Origin: Armatimonadota bacterium
GTDB taxonomy: Bacteria > Armatimonadota > UBA5829 > DSUL01
Reading direction: 5' to 3'
Length of the DNA: 64,000 nt
NCBI GenBank assembly: GCA_025998755.1
Contig: AP024674.1
Span: 1,104,162-1,168,161, forward strand
The notes beneath the pieces are model-generated. The model was not told the origin of the DNA, ran no database searches, and saw nothing but the letters and a program-made list of their open reading frames with translations. Made by a program: the position numbers and the translations under genes. Shown piece after piece: positions 42,994 through 52,990 of the stretch; the stretch's first letter is position 1, and every line of letters starts with the position of its first letter.

Positions 42994-43367
42994 CTGTTCT
43001 CAACTTTTCCCACCCCCTCACTCAGGAACAGCTGCAGCAGATTGAGGCTATTTCGGGTGAGCCAATATGTGACGTGCGGCAGATCCCTTGCCAGTTCGAC
43101 CATATGCAGGGTTTCGCGGAGCAGACGCGAGCCCTAGTAGATGCGGTGGGGCTGGGCCCGGAGGAGTGGCAGACACTCCCAATTCTCGTAAACCTTCCCA
43201 CCCACCACGTTATTGCGGCTGCTGTTGTGGCAGAGATCCAAGGTCGGGTGGGATACTTACCCGCCGTGCTGCGCCTTCGTCCTGCCGGCAACAGCCTGCC
43301 GCGCTTTGAGGTCGCCGAGATCCTGAATCTGCAGGCAGTGCGCGAGACTGCTCGCCTGTCAAGGTAG
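42987..43367 (+). CDS. small CRISPR-associated accessory protein, possibly DUF1874 (Crn2/AcrIII-1-like ring nuclease) family
   Basis: 126-aa ORF with GTG/TTG start overlapping the csx1 stop. TVLNFS…L beginning, a central …LVNLPTHHVIAAAVV… His-containing segment and an E-containing C-terminal helix (FEVAEILNL) loosely match the DUF1874 pattern. Assigned from memory only. Confidence 0.3.
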   Translation: MLTVLNFSHPLTQEQLQQIEAISGEPICDVRQIPCQFDHMQGFAEQTRALVDAVGLGPEEWQTLPILVNLPTHHVIAAAVVAEIQGRVGYLPAVLRLRPAGNSLPRFEVAEILNLQAVRETARLSR

Positions 43368-43465
43368 CCAGGTCATATTCTCCAGCTTTTCAGAGCATCC
43401 ATCTGGTGTCCCTGGACAATGCGGAGGTTCCCCCTGCCGACTGACAACTATCAAGGAGCCGCCTG

Positions 43466-43726
43466 ATGCTCGCAGCGTTCGATATTCGACTCAATCCGGC
43501 AGATGATGCGCTGCTTCCCCACCCCTGCGGGCACCAGGTGCACGCGGCTCTGCTCGCTGCGGTCAATCGAGTTAATCCCGAGCAGGCCAGGGCGTTCCAT
43601 AGCGATGCGCAGGTAAAGCCATTCGCCATTAGTGCGCTCTCTGGCCCCGCATCCGCATCCGGGGGACCACGTTGGAGGTGCCCAGGGACACTGAATGCCG
43701 CGTGCGCCTCGTCACCAACGCCTTAG
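43466..43726 (+). pseudogene. cas6: Cas6 N-terminal remnant (truncated)
   Basis: FDIRLNPADDALLPHPCGHQVHAALLAAV…FHSDAQVKPFAISAL matches the Cas6 N-terminal ferredoxin-fold pattern (…HD…KPFTFS.L). It then degenerates into low-complexity P/S/A/G sequence and a TAG stop. No glycine-rich loop or C-terminal domain. Confidence 0.5.
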
Positions 43727-43768
43727 GGCAATCATCCCTGGGGCGACGGCTGGTCGAAAAGGATTCCG

Positions 43769-44860
43769 ATGGCAGAGGCGCGGAAGGAAAATCGTGACAT
43801 GAGAGACCTCATCGTAACCGTGGGAACATCGCTACTCGGCAACTGGCGGGGATCCAACCGTACACAGGAACATCGTGCGGAGGATCTTCCAGACTGCCAG
43901 ACTCTCTTGGATTGGGTCGGCCAGCAGCCTCCCGAAAAGGCCTCTGCAGAGACCCACACGCTTTTCCGGCTTCCGCTTGAAGCAGACGACAGAATTCACC
44001 TTCTACACAGCAGCACAGAGGAAGGGCGGCTCTGCGCGCACGCGCTAGAACGCCATTTTTCACCCCGGTGCCGCGAGTGCAGATTTGTGGAGATAAGATA
44101 CCTGTCCTACAGCGAGCCGCACTTTAGGGACCGCGGTCTTCGAGAGCTGCTATCTGAGGCGTTCAAGATTATCCGGGAGGCCCGGCGCAAAGGCCGCAGC
44201 GTAGAGATCTGCGCCACCGGTGGTTTCAAGCCCGAACTTGCCTATCTCAATGTGGCAGGGCTGCTGGCAAAATGCCCGGTCCACTACGTCCACGAGCGCT
44301 TCGCGAGTCTGATCACCCTGCCTCCGCTGCCGGTGGACTGGGCAGTGAATCTCGACGAGCAAAGCATTGAGTTCCTGCAATGGCTGGACTCCGGTTTCAG
44401 GAATGAGCAAGAGACAGAAGCCCGTCTGAAACAGCTGCCCCACCTGCGTTCACTGGTCTCCTTCGACGACGAAGGATGTTCTCTCTCTCCTGCCGGGCTT
44501 GCCCTGTTGGAGGCGTGGCGCGAACGGACCGGCTTCATACCCGAAGTCCACCTACCCCACTCCGGAAAGGCGGCTGCTGAGAAGATCGACCTCAGCAAGG
44601 AGCCCCATCACCGTCCGTCCGGGTTCGATAAATATCGGGACCGCATTGCAAACTTGGATTTTGTAACGCAGATCTTCTATCGCGGTGGCCTGCCAGCGTG
44701 CGAGAAAAGCGTCGCCGTTTTGAACGCTGCTGAGGGCAGTCTTCGCGTGCGTCTTTCCGACGGAGACTATGGCATCGAACTTATTGTTCACACCACCGCA
44801 ACGGATGACGCTGGGGCGGAGTTAGCGGCGAAGCTGGTTCGCGAAGCTTTGGATAACTGA
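43769..44860 (+). CDS. CARF-domain protein with uncharacterised C-terminal domain
   Basis: CARF signatures DLIVTVGTSLLGN and ICATGGFKPELAYLNVAGLL (Csm6/Csx1-like). The ~180-aa C-terminal half has no HEPN R-x4-6-H motif or any other motif I recognise. Confidence 0.6.
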   Translation: MAEARKENRDMRDLIVTVGTSLLGNWRGSNRTQEHRAEDLPDCQTLLDWVGQQPPEKASAETHTLFRLPLEADDRIHLLHSSTEEGRLCAHALERHFSPRCRECRFVEIRYLSYSEPHFRDRGLRELLSEAFKIIREARRKGRSVEICATGGFKPELAYLNVAGLLAKCPVHYVHERFASLITLPPLPVDWAVNLDEQSIEFLQWLDSGFRNEQETEARLKQLPHLRSLVSFDDEGCSLSPAGLALLEAWRERTGFIPEVHLPHSGKAAAEKIDLSKEPHHRPSGFDKYRDRIANLDFVTQIFYRGGLPACEKSVAVLNAAEGSLRVRLSDGDYGIELIVHTTATDDAGAELAAKLVREALDN

Positions 44861-44982
44861 CTCGTACCACAAAATCACCGCACCGCTAATGCGGCAAGCC
44901 CCTTGCCGTCGCCCCGGGCACGCTTTAGCCCTTGATAACTGAGGGGTGAGATTGCCCCCTTGGTTGCAACGATTCCTCAATC

Positions 44983-47190
44983 ATGCTCGTGATCACCGGC
45001 CTCGAAAGGCCGGTGCAACATCCCGGTCCACGTCTGTCTGTGAATGTTTCTTCTTGTTTCAATCCTCACCGGCCTCGAAAGGCCGGTGCAACTTTCAGCG
45101 TGTCCCGGTCAATACTGGTCCTCTTCGTTTCAATCCTCACCGGCCTCGAAAGGCCGGTGCAACATTCCGAGTGGGCGTGGCGGGAGCTGCACTCCCGCAG
45201 TTTCAATCCTCACCGGCCTCGAAAGGCCGGTGCAACGAGCCTCTGGGGAGAAGGGCCCCGACAGACCTAAAGTTTCAATCCTCACCGGCCTCGAAAGGCC
45301 GGTGCAACGACGTTCTCGCCATACAGTCTGGCGGGAATCAGCGTTTCAATCCTCACCGGCCTCGAAAGGCCGGTGCAACGTGTGAAGACAACGCAAATAG
45401 GGCCGTTGTTCGACGTTTCAATCCTCACCGGCCTCGAAAGGCCGGTGCAACGGGAAAGACGCCGACTTCCATATCAAGGATTTCTGCGTTTCAATCCTCA
45501 CCGGCCTCGAAAGGCCGGTGCAACGTCGAACAGGCCGGGGGTACCGGAACTTCTTGTGCGGGTTTCAATCCTCACCGGCCTCGAAAGGCCGGTGCAACCG
45601 CCTGCGCGCATGCGCGCGCGTGTCGCGGCCTACGACGTTTCAATCCTCACCGGCCTCGAAAGGCCGGTGCAACAGCCGCACACTCGTGTATGGAAGTCGG
45701 ATTTCGTTGTTTCAATCCTCACCGGCCTCGAAAGGCCGGTGCAACGGCGGCCGGGGATATCAGTACGAGGTCGGCTGCTCGTTTCAATCCTCACCGGCCT
45801 CGAAAGGCCGGTGCAACAGGATAGGAGGTACCTACATGGAACAGGCAATCACGTTTCAATCCTCACCGGCCTCGAAAGGCCGGTGCAACTCCAAGCTGTA
45901 CGAAGAGCTTCTTTCGAGGAAGTGTTTCAATCCTCACCGGCCTCGAAAGGCCGGTGCAACTTTTCGCCTGCCGGGCCCCGTGAAAGCGCGACCAGGTTTC
46001 AATCCTCACCGGCCTCGAAAGGCCGGTGCAACGAGGATATCGTTACGCACATATCCAAGCTGTACGGTTTCAATCCTCACCGGCCTCGAAAGGCCGGTGC
46101 AACGTCGCCGCGGGCGACGTGGGCTCGGCGGCTGCGCGGGTTTCAATCCTCACCGGCCTCGAAAGGCCGGTGCAACGCCCGCGGGCAGTACAAGTACGAT
46201 TACGCCCACACGGTTTCAATCCTCACCGGCCTCGAAAGGCCGGTGCAACTTCAACTAGCTAGTACCAAGGAGGTTGCGATGAAGTTTCAATCCTCACCGG
46301 CCTCGAAAGGCCGGTGCAACGCCCCGTGAAAGCGCGACCAGGAGACTGAGGCATGAGTTTCAATCCTCACCGGCCTCGAAAGGCCGGTGCAACTGTCTGC
46401 TCCCCGTCCGCAGGGGCGGGGATAGATGTTTCAATCCTCACCGGCCTCGAAAGGCCGGTGCAACACTGCGAAGCCGTACAGCTCACGAACTGCACGCTCG
46501 TTTCAATCCTCACCGGCCTCGAAAGGCCGGTGCAACCGAGTTGCAGCCGTCATGGCGCCGTGGTGATGTGGTTTCAATCCTCACCGGCCTCGAAAGGCCG
46601 GTGCAACTGATGAATTCGCCTCCGAGGCGAATCCAGCCCATCCTGTTTCAATCCTCACCGGCCTCGAAAGGCCGGTGCAACGCCTGATCCTTCTGCGCGG
46701 CGTAGCACGCCGCGCAGTTTCAATCCTCACCGGCCTCGAAAGGCCGGTGCAACCCTGCTAGCCGTAGGGGGGCGCGCCCCCCCCTACGGGTTTCAATCCT
46801 CACCGGCCTCGAAAGGCCGGTGCAACGGCGGCCGCAGGGGGGCGGCCGCAGAGCGGCCGCAGGTTTCAATCCTCACCGGCCTCGAAAGGCCGGTGCAACG
46901 CAACCGCCATTGTGGCAGGCGCCATCCTGGACATGGTTTCAATCCTCACCGGCCTCGAAAGGCCGGTGCAACGAATCAACTAGCTACTACCGAGGAGGAT
47001 ACGATGAAGTTTCAATCCTCACCGGCCTCGAAAGGCCGGTGCAACTTGCTTGGGCGTCATCGTTATCACCGGCGCCCAAGGTTTCAATCCTCACCGGCCT
47101 CGAAAGGCCGGTGCAACCGTGCGACGTGTGCAATTACTCCAGACCATTTTGTCGTTTCAATCCTCACCGGCCTCGAAAGGCCGGTGCAAC
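44983..47190 (-). CRISPR. CRISPR array 1 (30 full repeats plus 1 degenerate terminal repeat, 30 spacers)
   Basis: 37-nt repeat, read on the + strand as GTTTCAATCCTCACCGGCCTCGAAAGGCCGGTGCAAC. This is the reverse complement of the array-2 repeat, so the array appears transcribed on the - strand from the cas2 side. Spacers are 33-36 nt. The degenerate repeat at 44983-45019 sits at the leader-distal end. Confidence 0.95.
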
Positions 47191-47408
47191 GGACCCTGGA
47201 AAGCCCCCTCGGAGGGCCTTCCCAAGCTCAAATCAGGGCTTCTGGACTCCCCATCTCTATTCCTCCTCCCACCGACCATTTTTGCAGCCCATGCCTGCCC
47301 GCGTGCGGGAAAAGCCACAAAACCGTGCGCGAACCTCCTTCGTGAAACACCCTCACTCCCGATCCGCGCAGAGGCTAATGGATCCTGAAATGAGAAGAGA
47401 TGTCCCAC
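47191..47408 (-). promoter_or_regulatory. CRISPR leader of array 1
   Basis: Lies between the cas2 stop and the first repeat. Contains a ~70-nt block homologous (inverted) to the sequence upstream of array 2. Confidence 0.5.
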
Positions 47409-47705
47409 CTAGACGATCATCGGCGCATCAGGATCCACGTAACGGTCCACGCCGTAGGTCTCCACGCAGCGTTCGCGTCCGCCAGGCAGGCGATAGATGC
47501 GGATGCTATCCTTCTCAGGATCAATGATCTTCAGCAACTTGGCCCGTAGCCGCTCCAATTCCCTCTCGTTCAGGCGGCATTCGAAGACAGAATACTGGAC
47601 GCGCTGCCCGAAATTCACACAAGCTTTCGATGCCCTGCGCAGGCGTTTCTGGCCCGCCGCGTCTTCCGTGTTCACATCATATGAGATCAGATAGTCGTCT
47701 CGCAT
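47409..47705 (-). CDS. cas2: Cas2
   Basis: Start ATG 47705 (MRDDYLISYDVNTEDAAGQKRLRR…VQYSVFEC). 10-nt gap after the cas1 stop. Confidence 0.85.
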   Translation of the reverse strand: MRDDYLISYDVNTEDAAGQKRLRRASKACVNFGQRVQYSVFECRLNERELERLRAKLLKIIDPEKDSIRIYRLPGGRERCVETYGVDRYVDPDAPMIV

Positions 47706-47715
47706 AGTAGCCTCT

Positions 47716-48762
47716 CTAGCGAGGGATAAAGGGGGTATAGAACGGGATATCACCCCGCAGGCAACGGGCCAGGATCCTCGCCTGCAGATGAGGGACTACC
47801 CCTAGTGGTACGCGAGTCTTCAGCATGGGATGGGATACCTCGGTCTGCTTCCGCGTCTGGTAGGCGACCACCACCTTTTTACGCCCATCCTCATTCAACA
47901 AAACTGCGCCACCAGGCCTCTCGCGAAAGTCTTCGGGACCGATCTGCTTGCGGTTGATCAGCGTCAGCGCCAAGCGGTCTGCAAAGGGTGCGCGGAACTC
48001 CTCCATCAGGTCCAGAGCCAACGCCGGCCGCCCTGGCCGGATGGCGTGAAGAAACCCGAACTGCGGATCAAGTCCCACCCCTTCGCAGGCCGCGCGGCAA
48101 TCGTTCACCAGCAAGGCATACAGGAAAGAGAGAAGAGCATTTACGCGATCCTTTGGCGGTCTGCGGCTCCGGGAGTCAAAGCGGAAGTCCGTCCGTTGCT
48201 GGGTGATAAGGGAATCGAACGCCTCGAAATATGCCGCTGATCCGTGTCCCTCGGCTCCTCGCACGGCATCGAGCGAGCGTGCTTCCTCCAGGCTTTTCAG
48301 CTGACCGGCAACAGCCTCTGCCGCCCTGGAGAGGGCGGCCACCGCTTCCTTTGCCCTTTGTCCTTCCCCGGCTTCGCGGATGGCCCGGTTCAATACTCCT
48401 CTGCAGTTCTGAAGCTTCCCTGCAACAATGCAACGGGCCACAGCTGCAGCGGCTGACTCGTCCCGGTGCGTCTCATACTGGGCCTTCCGGAGCAGCACAT
48501 TCCCGCTTGTGGCCCCTTCCACCCGTGCCAGAAAGCGGCCGTTCACGTCCATAAACGTTACCGCCCGGCCATCCTCGGCGCACCGATGCATCAGGTAAGG
48601 GCTTACTGTCACCAAGCCGAAAGTCACGATGGCGCCAAGGTGATGCAGAGGGGTCTGCTTGAGCCTCTCGTCCTTTAGATCCACCCGGACCGTGTCTCCG
48701 TCCAGGTGCACGTAGGCTCCCTGCGTGAAGACGTAAAGCGTGTTCAGCAGCTCGGTGGTCAC
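47716..48762 (-). CDS. cas1: Cas1
   Basis: 348 aa. Cas1 N-terminus NTLYVFTQGAYVHLDGDTVRV and conserved core. Confidence 0.9.
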   Translation of the reverse strand: MTTELLNTLYVFTQGAYVHLDGDTVRVDLKDERLKQTPLHHLGAIVTFGLVTVSPYLMHRCAEDGRAVTFMDVNGRFLARVEGATSGNVLLRKAQYETHRDESAAAAVARCIVAGKLQNCRGVLNRAIREAGEGQRAKEAVAALSRAAEAVAGQLKSLEEARSLDAVRGAEGHGSAAYFEAFDSLITQQRTDFRFDSRSRRPPKDRVNALLSFLYALLVNDCRAACEGVGLDPQFGFLHAIRPGRPALALDLMEEFRAPFADRLALTLINRKQIGPEDFRERPGGAVLLNEDGRKKVVVAYQTRKQTEVSHPMLKTRVPLGVVPHLQARILARCLRGDIPFYTPFIPR

Positions 48763-48790
48763 GTCTTGGAGAGTCCTTTCCCACCCTTCG

Positions 48791-49441
48791 TCAATCGAGA
48801 CCCTCGCCCTCGCGCGGGACGAACAGTGGGTGCTCTCCCCGGCTTTGCTGCAGATAGTCTATCAGTCCGGGTTGGCAGACCTCAATCAGCGAGCAATCCG
48901 GGCAACGCCGGTCGTTTACCGGCGGGGGCGTGCAAGCGGTCGCCAGCATCTGGCGGATGCAGAAAATGGTTTGTTCCGTAAATGCACGCAGTTCAGCGTC
49001 CAGATGCACTTCCTGCCTCCGGCGTGAGCCGCGATAGTAGATGGCCGCGCTCGGAATGCCAACACCCAGCATCTCTTCCAGACACATGGCCTGCGCGCAC
49101 ACCTGCGCCATGTCGTTCAGTTTGCCTAGCCGGTAACGGCGGCCATGCTTGTATTCCACCGGTACCACACGGCCGTCCGGCCAGAACTCAACCACGTCGG
49201 CCACGCCGGAGAGTCCCAGCCGGCGGCTGTAAAGGGGCAGCGCGAACTGTACCACCACACCAGCCTCGACCTCGTGGCCGGCCTCGTGGATCTCCTCGTG
49301 CTCGCGCCGCCCCTTCAGCGTGAAGACGTTGTCCTCGAAGATGTCCTCCAGGTGGATAAGCGCGCACCGGCGTGGACAGTAGCACCAGTGCGAGATGGCG
49401 CTCACCATTACCAGTTCATCTTCGGGCCAATCGCCGTCCAT
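48791..49441 (-). CDS. cas4: Cas4 (RecB-like nuclease with Fe-S cysteines)
   Basis: ISHWCYCPRRCAL… and C-terminal CPDCSLIEVC cysteine cluster. Confidence 0.85.
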   Translation of the reverse strand: MDGDWPEDELVMVSAISHWCYCPRRCALIHLEDIFEDNVFTLKGRREHEEIHEAGHEVEAGVVVQFALPLYSRRLGLSGVADVVEFWPDGRVVPVEYKHGRRYRLGKLNDMAQVCAQAMCLEEMLGVGIPSAAIYYRGSRRRQEVHLDAELRAFTEQTIFCIRQMLATACTPPPVNDRRCPDCSLIEVCQPGLIDYLQQSRGEHPLFVPREGEGLD

Positions 49442-49449
49442 CGAGTCCC

Positions 49450-50427
49450 TTACAGCATCTCGAGGACTTCCACCCCCGCCGGAACGCGCTCCTTATGGAT
49501 TTCCACCGCAAAGTCGGAGAACTTGCGCGGTGGCCTGGTCGGATCCTTCTGCCAGACGCGCACAATGGCTTTCCCGTCGTCTTCCGCGCCCCCCAGGTCC
49601 AGGAGCCGATGCGCCGGAGCGCAGCCAAGTTTGGCCTGCCGCTCCCGCTGAGCGGGATCGCTGTCCGTGCCGACGTGCCGGAACACCACCAGCTTGCGCG
49701 CTGACATGGTCCCTTTGCTGGCGCTACGGTCGTGGTCGTACATGTTCAGCAACGCTTCCCACAGGAGTTGCAGGTCCTCCTCCGTGAAGCCTGTCCCTTC
49801 CGCCAGATGAGCACTGATGAAGCCGTTAGCGCAATAAAGGCCATACGGGATAAGGGCTTTTCGCCCCATAGTGCGCAGCTGGTCTTCCGGCTGCTCTTTT
49901 TCCCACTTCAGGTAGTCCTCGCTGGACTTCGCTTCGCGCACGTCCTCAGCGACAGCCATCCTGGTGACGGAGGCATCAAGCGGCAGGATCGGATGCAGCG
50001 AACGTGCGAACGAAAGCTGGACCGGTCCGCGCACCTGACCCGCATTCGGGCCTGTGCTCATAACCGCCCCCAACGCGCGCACATCGTAGAAGTTCTGACA
50101 CATCCATCTGCGCGCCAGCTCCACCTTGTCCTTGCCAACTCTGGCACCCGGCTGAAAGCCGCCTTCCGTCTTCTCGTGGGCCATCACGATGGGACGGTTC
50201 AGATTGGTGGCGTGCTCCACGAAGATGCAGTAGGGAGCCTGATTCCCGCGGGCGATCTGCACGTAGTTGCGGATCCGCCGCTTCAGCGCCACATCGGACA
50301 CCAGACCGTGCATATCCTCAGGGTCCACCCGGGGCGCGTTCCCCGCATCGGGATCTCCGTTGGGATTGCCGTTCTCGCAGTCAAACAGATACAGAAACTC
50401 GTAGCGATTCTTGATGACGTCAGACAT
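49450..50427 (-). CDS. cas7: type I-C Cas7 (Csd2)
   Basis: Start ATG 50427 with [38 protein letters not shown] is the Csd2 hallmark. Confidence 0.9.
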   Translation of the reverse strand: MSDVIKNRYEFLYLFDCENGNPNGDPDAGNAPRVDPEDMHGLVSDVALKRRIRNYVQIARGNQAPYCIFVEHATNLNRPIVMAHEKTEGGFQPGARVGKDKVELARRWMCQNFYDVRALGAVMSTGPNAGQVRGPVQLSFARSLHPILPLDASVTRMAVAEDVREAKSSEDYLKWEKEQPEDQLRTMGRKALIPYGLYCANGFISAHLAEGTGFTEEDLQLLWEALLNMYDHDRSASKGTMSARKLVVFRHVGTDSDPAQRERQAKLGCAPAHRLLDLGGAEDDGKAIVRVWQKDPTRPPRKFSDFAVEIHKERVPAGVEVLEML

Positions 50428-52165
50428 TGCTTTCCTCCTCAACCGAATTCACCGGCGCCGCGCCGGCCTTCCTGGCGCGGTCGGCAGCAAGCTGCTGGTA
50501 GTATCCAAGGGCGAACAGGCTCTGCTCTTCGAGCTTCAAAGCTCCAGGCGGTCTGTCTCCGATGCGAGCCCAAATGTCTGCGATCCTCGTCTCGAAGTAG
50601 CGCGCCCGTCCCGGCTCCAGCTTGTTCAGATGGAACTGGCTGAGCCGCGCCAGTCGACCCAGGACCAGTGAGGGCGTGGCGCTGGCGGCAGCGTAGAACC
50701 TCTGCACTACGCCCGCGCCGACGTCCCCCTGCGCGGCATGCTGAAGCTGCGCATATTCCGCCATCAGCCTCCCGCAGTGATAGGCGGGAGATGGGTGATC
50801 TTCATTCAGATAGGGTTTCACGTCAGTGTCTCCTTCCCGGACAAGAAATGCCTTTATCAGCCCGAACCGCGCGTGGTTGGCGGCCTGGTCGTCGAGGATG
50901 TCACACCGCGCGCGGGCAAGCGCCTGGGCCACAAGCTGCCGCGGGATCGGTCCTGCGGTCAGCGCGGAGCGCCAGAGCGCAGCCACCGCCGGGGCGGCAA
51001 GGTCATCGAGCTCCCTCACCGTAGAGCCCAGCACCGCCATGAACTTGGGTGGCGGCGCCAGGCCGGTTCCGTCCCGGTTGACGACGGAGAAGTCGTCGAA
51101 CCAGCCATTGATGTTGCGGACAAGCTCCTCGAACTGTCCTTCCATCCAGTCCCGTACCATGGCCCTTCCCGCTGCCCCGCTGATAGTCAGGGCATAGAAG
51201 TGGTTCTGTTGCAGATCGGGCCTCTGACCGGTCCGGATGGCCTCCAGCAGTTCTCGTGCCCGCTGCTGAGCGGTGAGTTTTTCCGTTTCCTCTGCGCTTT
51301 CGAGCCACTCCAGCGGGTCTTCATCAGCGGCAACGCGGTCCTTGAACCAGTGGGCCACCTTCGCTTCCGCCAGGCGCCGGCTATGGCGGTCCAGCAAGTG
51401 GTTCAGGGCGGCGCGATATGCGGCCGCAGCCTCTTCCGAGACTGCTCCGTTTTCGGACTGAGAGAGACCGAACGACTGGAAGGCGTCCTTGTCGTATCCG
51501 ATGAGCGAGGAGCCCATCCCCATCCCACCCACGTCGGAGAGTCCCGATATTTTGGGATGGGTGCGAGCCGGTTCGACGGTCTGGCCGGTGGCGAGGCAGA
51601 TCATCTGGCTTCCCGTTCCCTGCCTGGCCAGCGTGCGGCGGAACGTCTGCCACCAGGCGTGCCAGGAGGAGTCCTCAACCGGAAAGGCCCCATCCACCCG
51701 GATGGTTATCTTATCCGTCGGGCTTGCCTTTTGGCCTGAGAGCTCAGCCCGGATCTGCGCCAGAACGGCATCATCCGCCAGGCTGTCCGCCACCGGCTTC
51801 AGGCAGGGCGTAACGGTTGAGGCATCACGCAGCAGCCGCACGAAATACCCGTGCTTTGCTTCGATGTCGCGGATTTCTTTCTCGGATGCCCCGCTCTTCG
51901 CCCAGTTGGCCACCACCTGACAGGTATCCACCAGGAAATGACTCTTGGTCTGGCCTCCTGAAGTCAACTCCGGCTGCGTGAGGTCCGGACATTTCGTGAA
52001 TCTACGTCCCGGATCCCGCTTGTCGGAACGGTTCCCGAGAGGCAGAACTCCCAGGAACTGACCATTCGCATCGAAATCCAGGGCCCACCGGACGTCCTTC
52101 GGTGCGAATCCTGGCTCAGTGACGAGCTGCTCGCGGCGCGCGTATTCCACCAGAAGGTCAAGCAT
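50420..52165 (-). CDS. cas8c: type I-C Cas8c (Csd1)
   Basis: Start ATG 52165 ([32 protein letters not shown]…) with GGAGG RBS. 8-nt overlap with cas7. Confidence 0.85.
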   Translation of the reverse strand: MLDLLVEYARREQLVTEPGFAPKDVRWALDFDANGQFLGVLPLGNRSDKRDPGRRFTKCPDLTQPELTSGGQTKSHFLVDTCQVVANWAKSGASEKEIRDIEAKHGYFVRLLRDASTVTPCLKPVADSLADDAVLAQIRAELSGQKASPTDKITIRVDGAFPVEDSSWHAWWQTFRRTLARQGTGSQMICLATGQTVEPARTHPKISGLSDVGGMGMGSSLIGYDKDAFQSFGLSQSENGAVSEEAAAAYRAALNHLLDRHSRRLAEAKVAHWFKDRVAADEDPLEWLESAEETEKLTAQQRARELLEAIRTGQRPDLQQNHFYALTISGAAGRAMVRDWMEGQFEELVRNINGWFDDFSVVNRDGTGLAPPPKFMAVLGSTVRELDDLAAPAVAALWRSALTAGPIPRQLVAQALARARCDILDDQAANHARFGLIKAFLVREGDTDVKPYLNEDHPSPAYHCGRLMAEYAQLQHAAQGDVGAGVVQRFYAAASATPSLVLGRLARLSQFHLNKLEPGRARYFETRIADIWARIGDRPPGALKLEEQSLFALGYYQQLAADRARKAGAAPVNSVEEESNV

Positions 52166-52877
52166 GTCTTCCCTCCTTCGGCGGTTTAAGCACCCGGTCC
52201 GACTCAAACGGCGGCACCTCCAGCACTCCGCCTTTCACCTCCGCCTCAAACAGCGTGATGAACGGCCGGTCCGTGGACTCCCCCGGCCGCGAGAGGTCGA
52301 ACACGTCGTAGAGCATCCATCCGATACGCGCATCCACCTGCGCTGGAGGCGGCCCCGTTTCCCCGTGATCCAGAAGACGGAAGAAAGCCGGGAACTCCCT
52401 GCAGCCCAGATAGGGCTGATAGAAGCACTTCCCGCTTCCTGCAATGCGCCGGAACTTCGCCTCCATCTCCACAACACGGTCCTCGAAGCCCGGCCAGGGC
52501 CGCACTTCGGCGTGGATGCGGTAGCGGACGTTCTTGAGCGCCATGGTCTGGCGTTGGGTGTTCGCCTCCTCTCCGGCCCCGGCCAGAATGGTCTGCGGCG
52601 GTGCGCTTCCACTCATCCACTGTCCGATCGTCCGGTCGGTAGGCGCCTTGCACTTGACCTCGTTGCGCCTCAAAGCAATGAACCGCGGCGGCTCAAGCAT
52701 CTCGATCTGCACAATCTGCCAGCGGTATTCGTGCCGGTTGACGCAGATGGCATCGAAGATGCCACGGGCCGCCGACGGCGTGATGACGGGGTAGCTGAAG
52801 CGCTCCACCTTCAACTCAGGACGGGTGAAACAGGCCAGTGCCCCCCAGACTTCAATGGTCTGACGCGATGGCGTCAT
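52158..52877 (-). CDS. cas5: type I-C Cas5c (Cas5d, pre-crRNA processing subunit)
   Basis: IEVWGALACFTRPELKVERFSYPVITPSAARGIFDAI… is the Cas5d N-terminus. Confidence 0.85.
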   Translation of the reverse strand: MTPSRQTIEVWGALACFTRPELKVERFSYPVITPSAARGIFDAICVNRHEYRWQIVQIEMLEPPRFIALRRNEVKCKAPTDRTIGQWMSGSAPPQTILAGAGEEANTQRQTMALKNVRYRIHAEVRPWPGFEDRVVEMEAKFRRIAGSGKCFYQPYLGCREFPAFFRLLDHGETGPPPAQVDARIGWMLYDVFDLSRPGESTDRPFITLFEAEVKGGVLEVPPFESDRVLKPPKEGRHA

Positions 52878-52990
52878 CTTTCACCTCCCTTCAGGCGATC
52901 AGAACCTGCGACTCTGCCGGCACCACCAGACCGAGATCGGTCTCCCGGTCGTAATGGTCCGGTTCCAGATAGATGAACCACTCGCTGGAA

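Noticed and set aside
43727-43768. Possibility that the cas6 stub and the CARF gene form a single read-through or fusion gene
   Set aside because: The Cas6 similarity ends well before the TAG, in low-complexity sequence. The CARF gene has its own ATG at 43769 and does not need the upstream part. Treated as remnant plus separate gene, but the shared frame is reported in the findings.
44946-47527. Many listed ORFs (e.g. 44946..45824, 45373..46329, 45518..46258, 46820..47527) with repeated peptides such as SILTGLERPVQ or FNPHRPRKAGAT
   Set aside because: They are translations of the CRISPR repeat in various frames. The periodicity equals repeat plus spacer length, so they are not genes.
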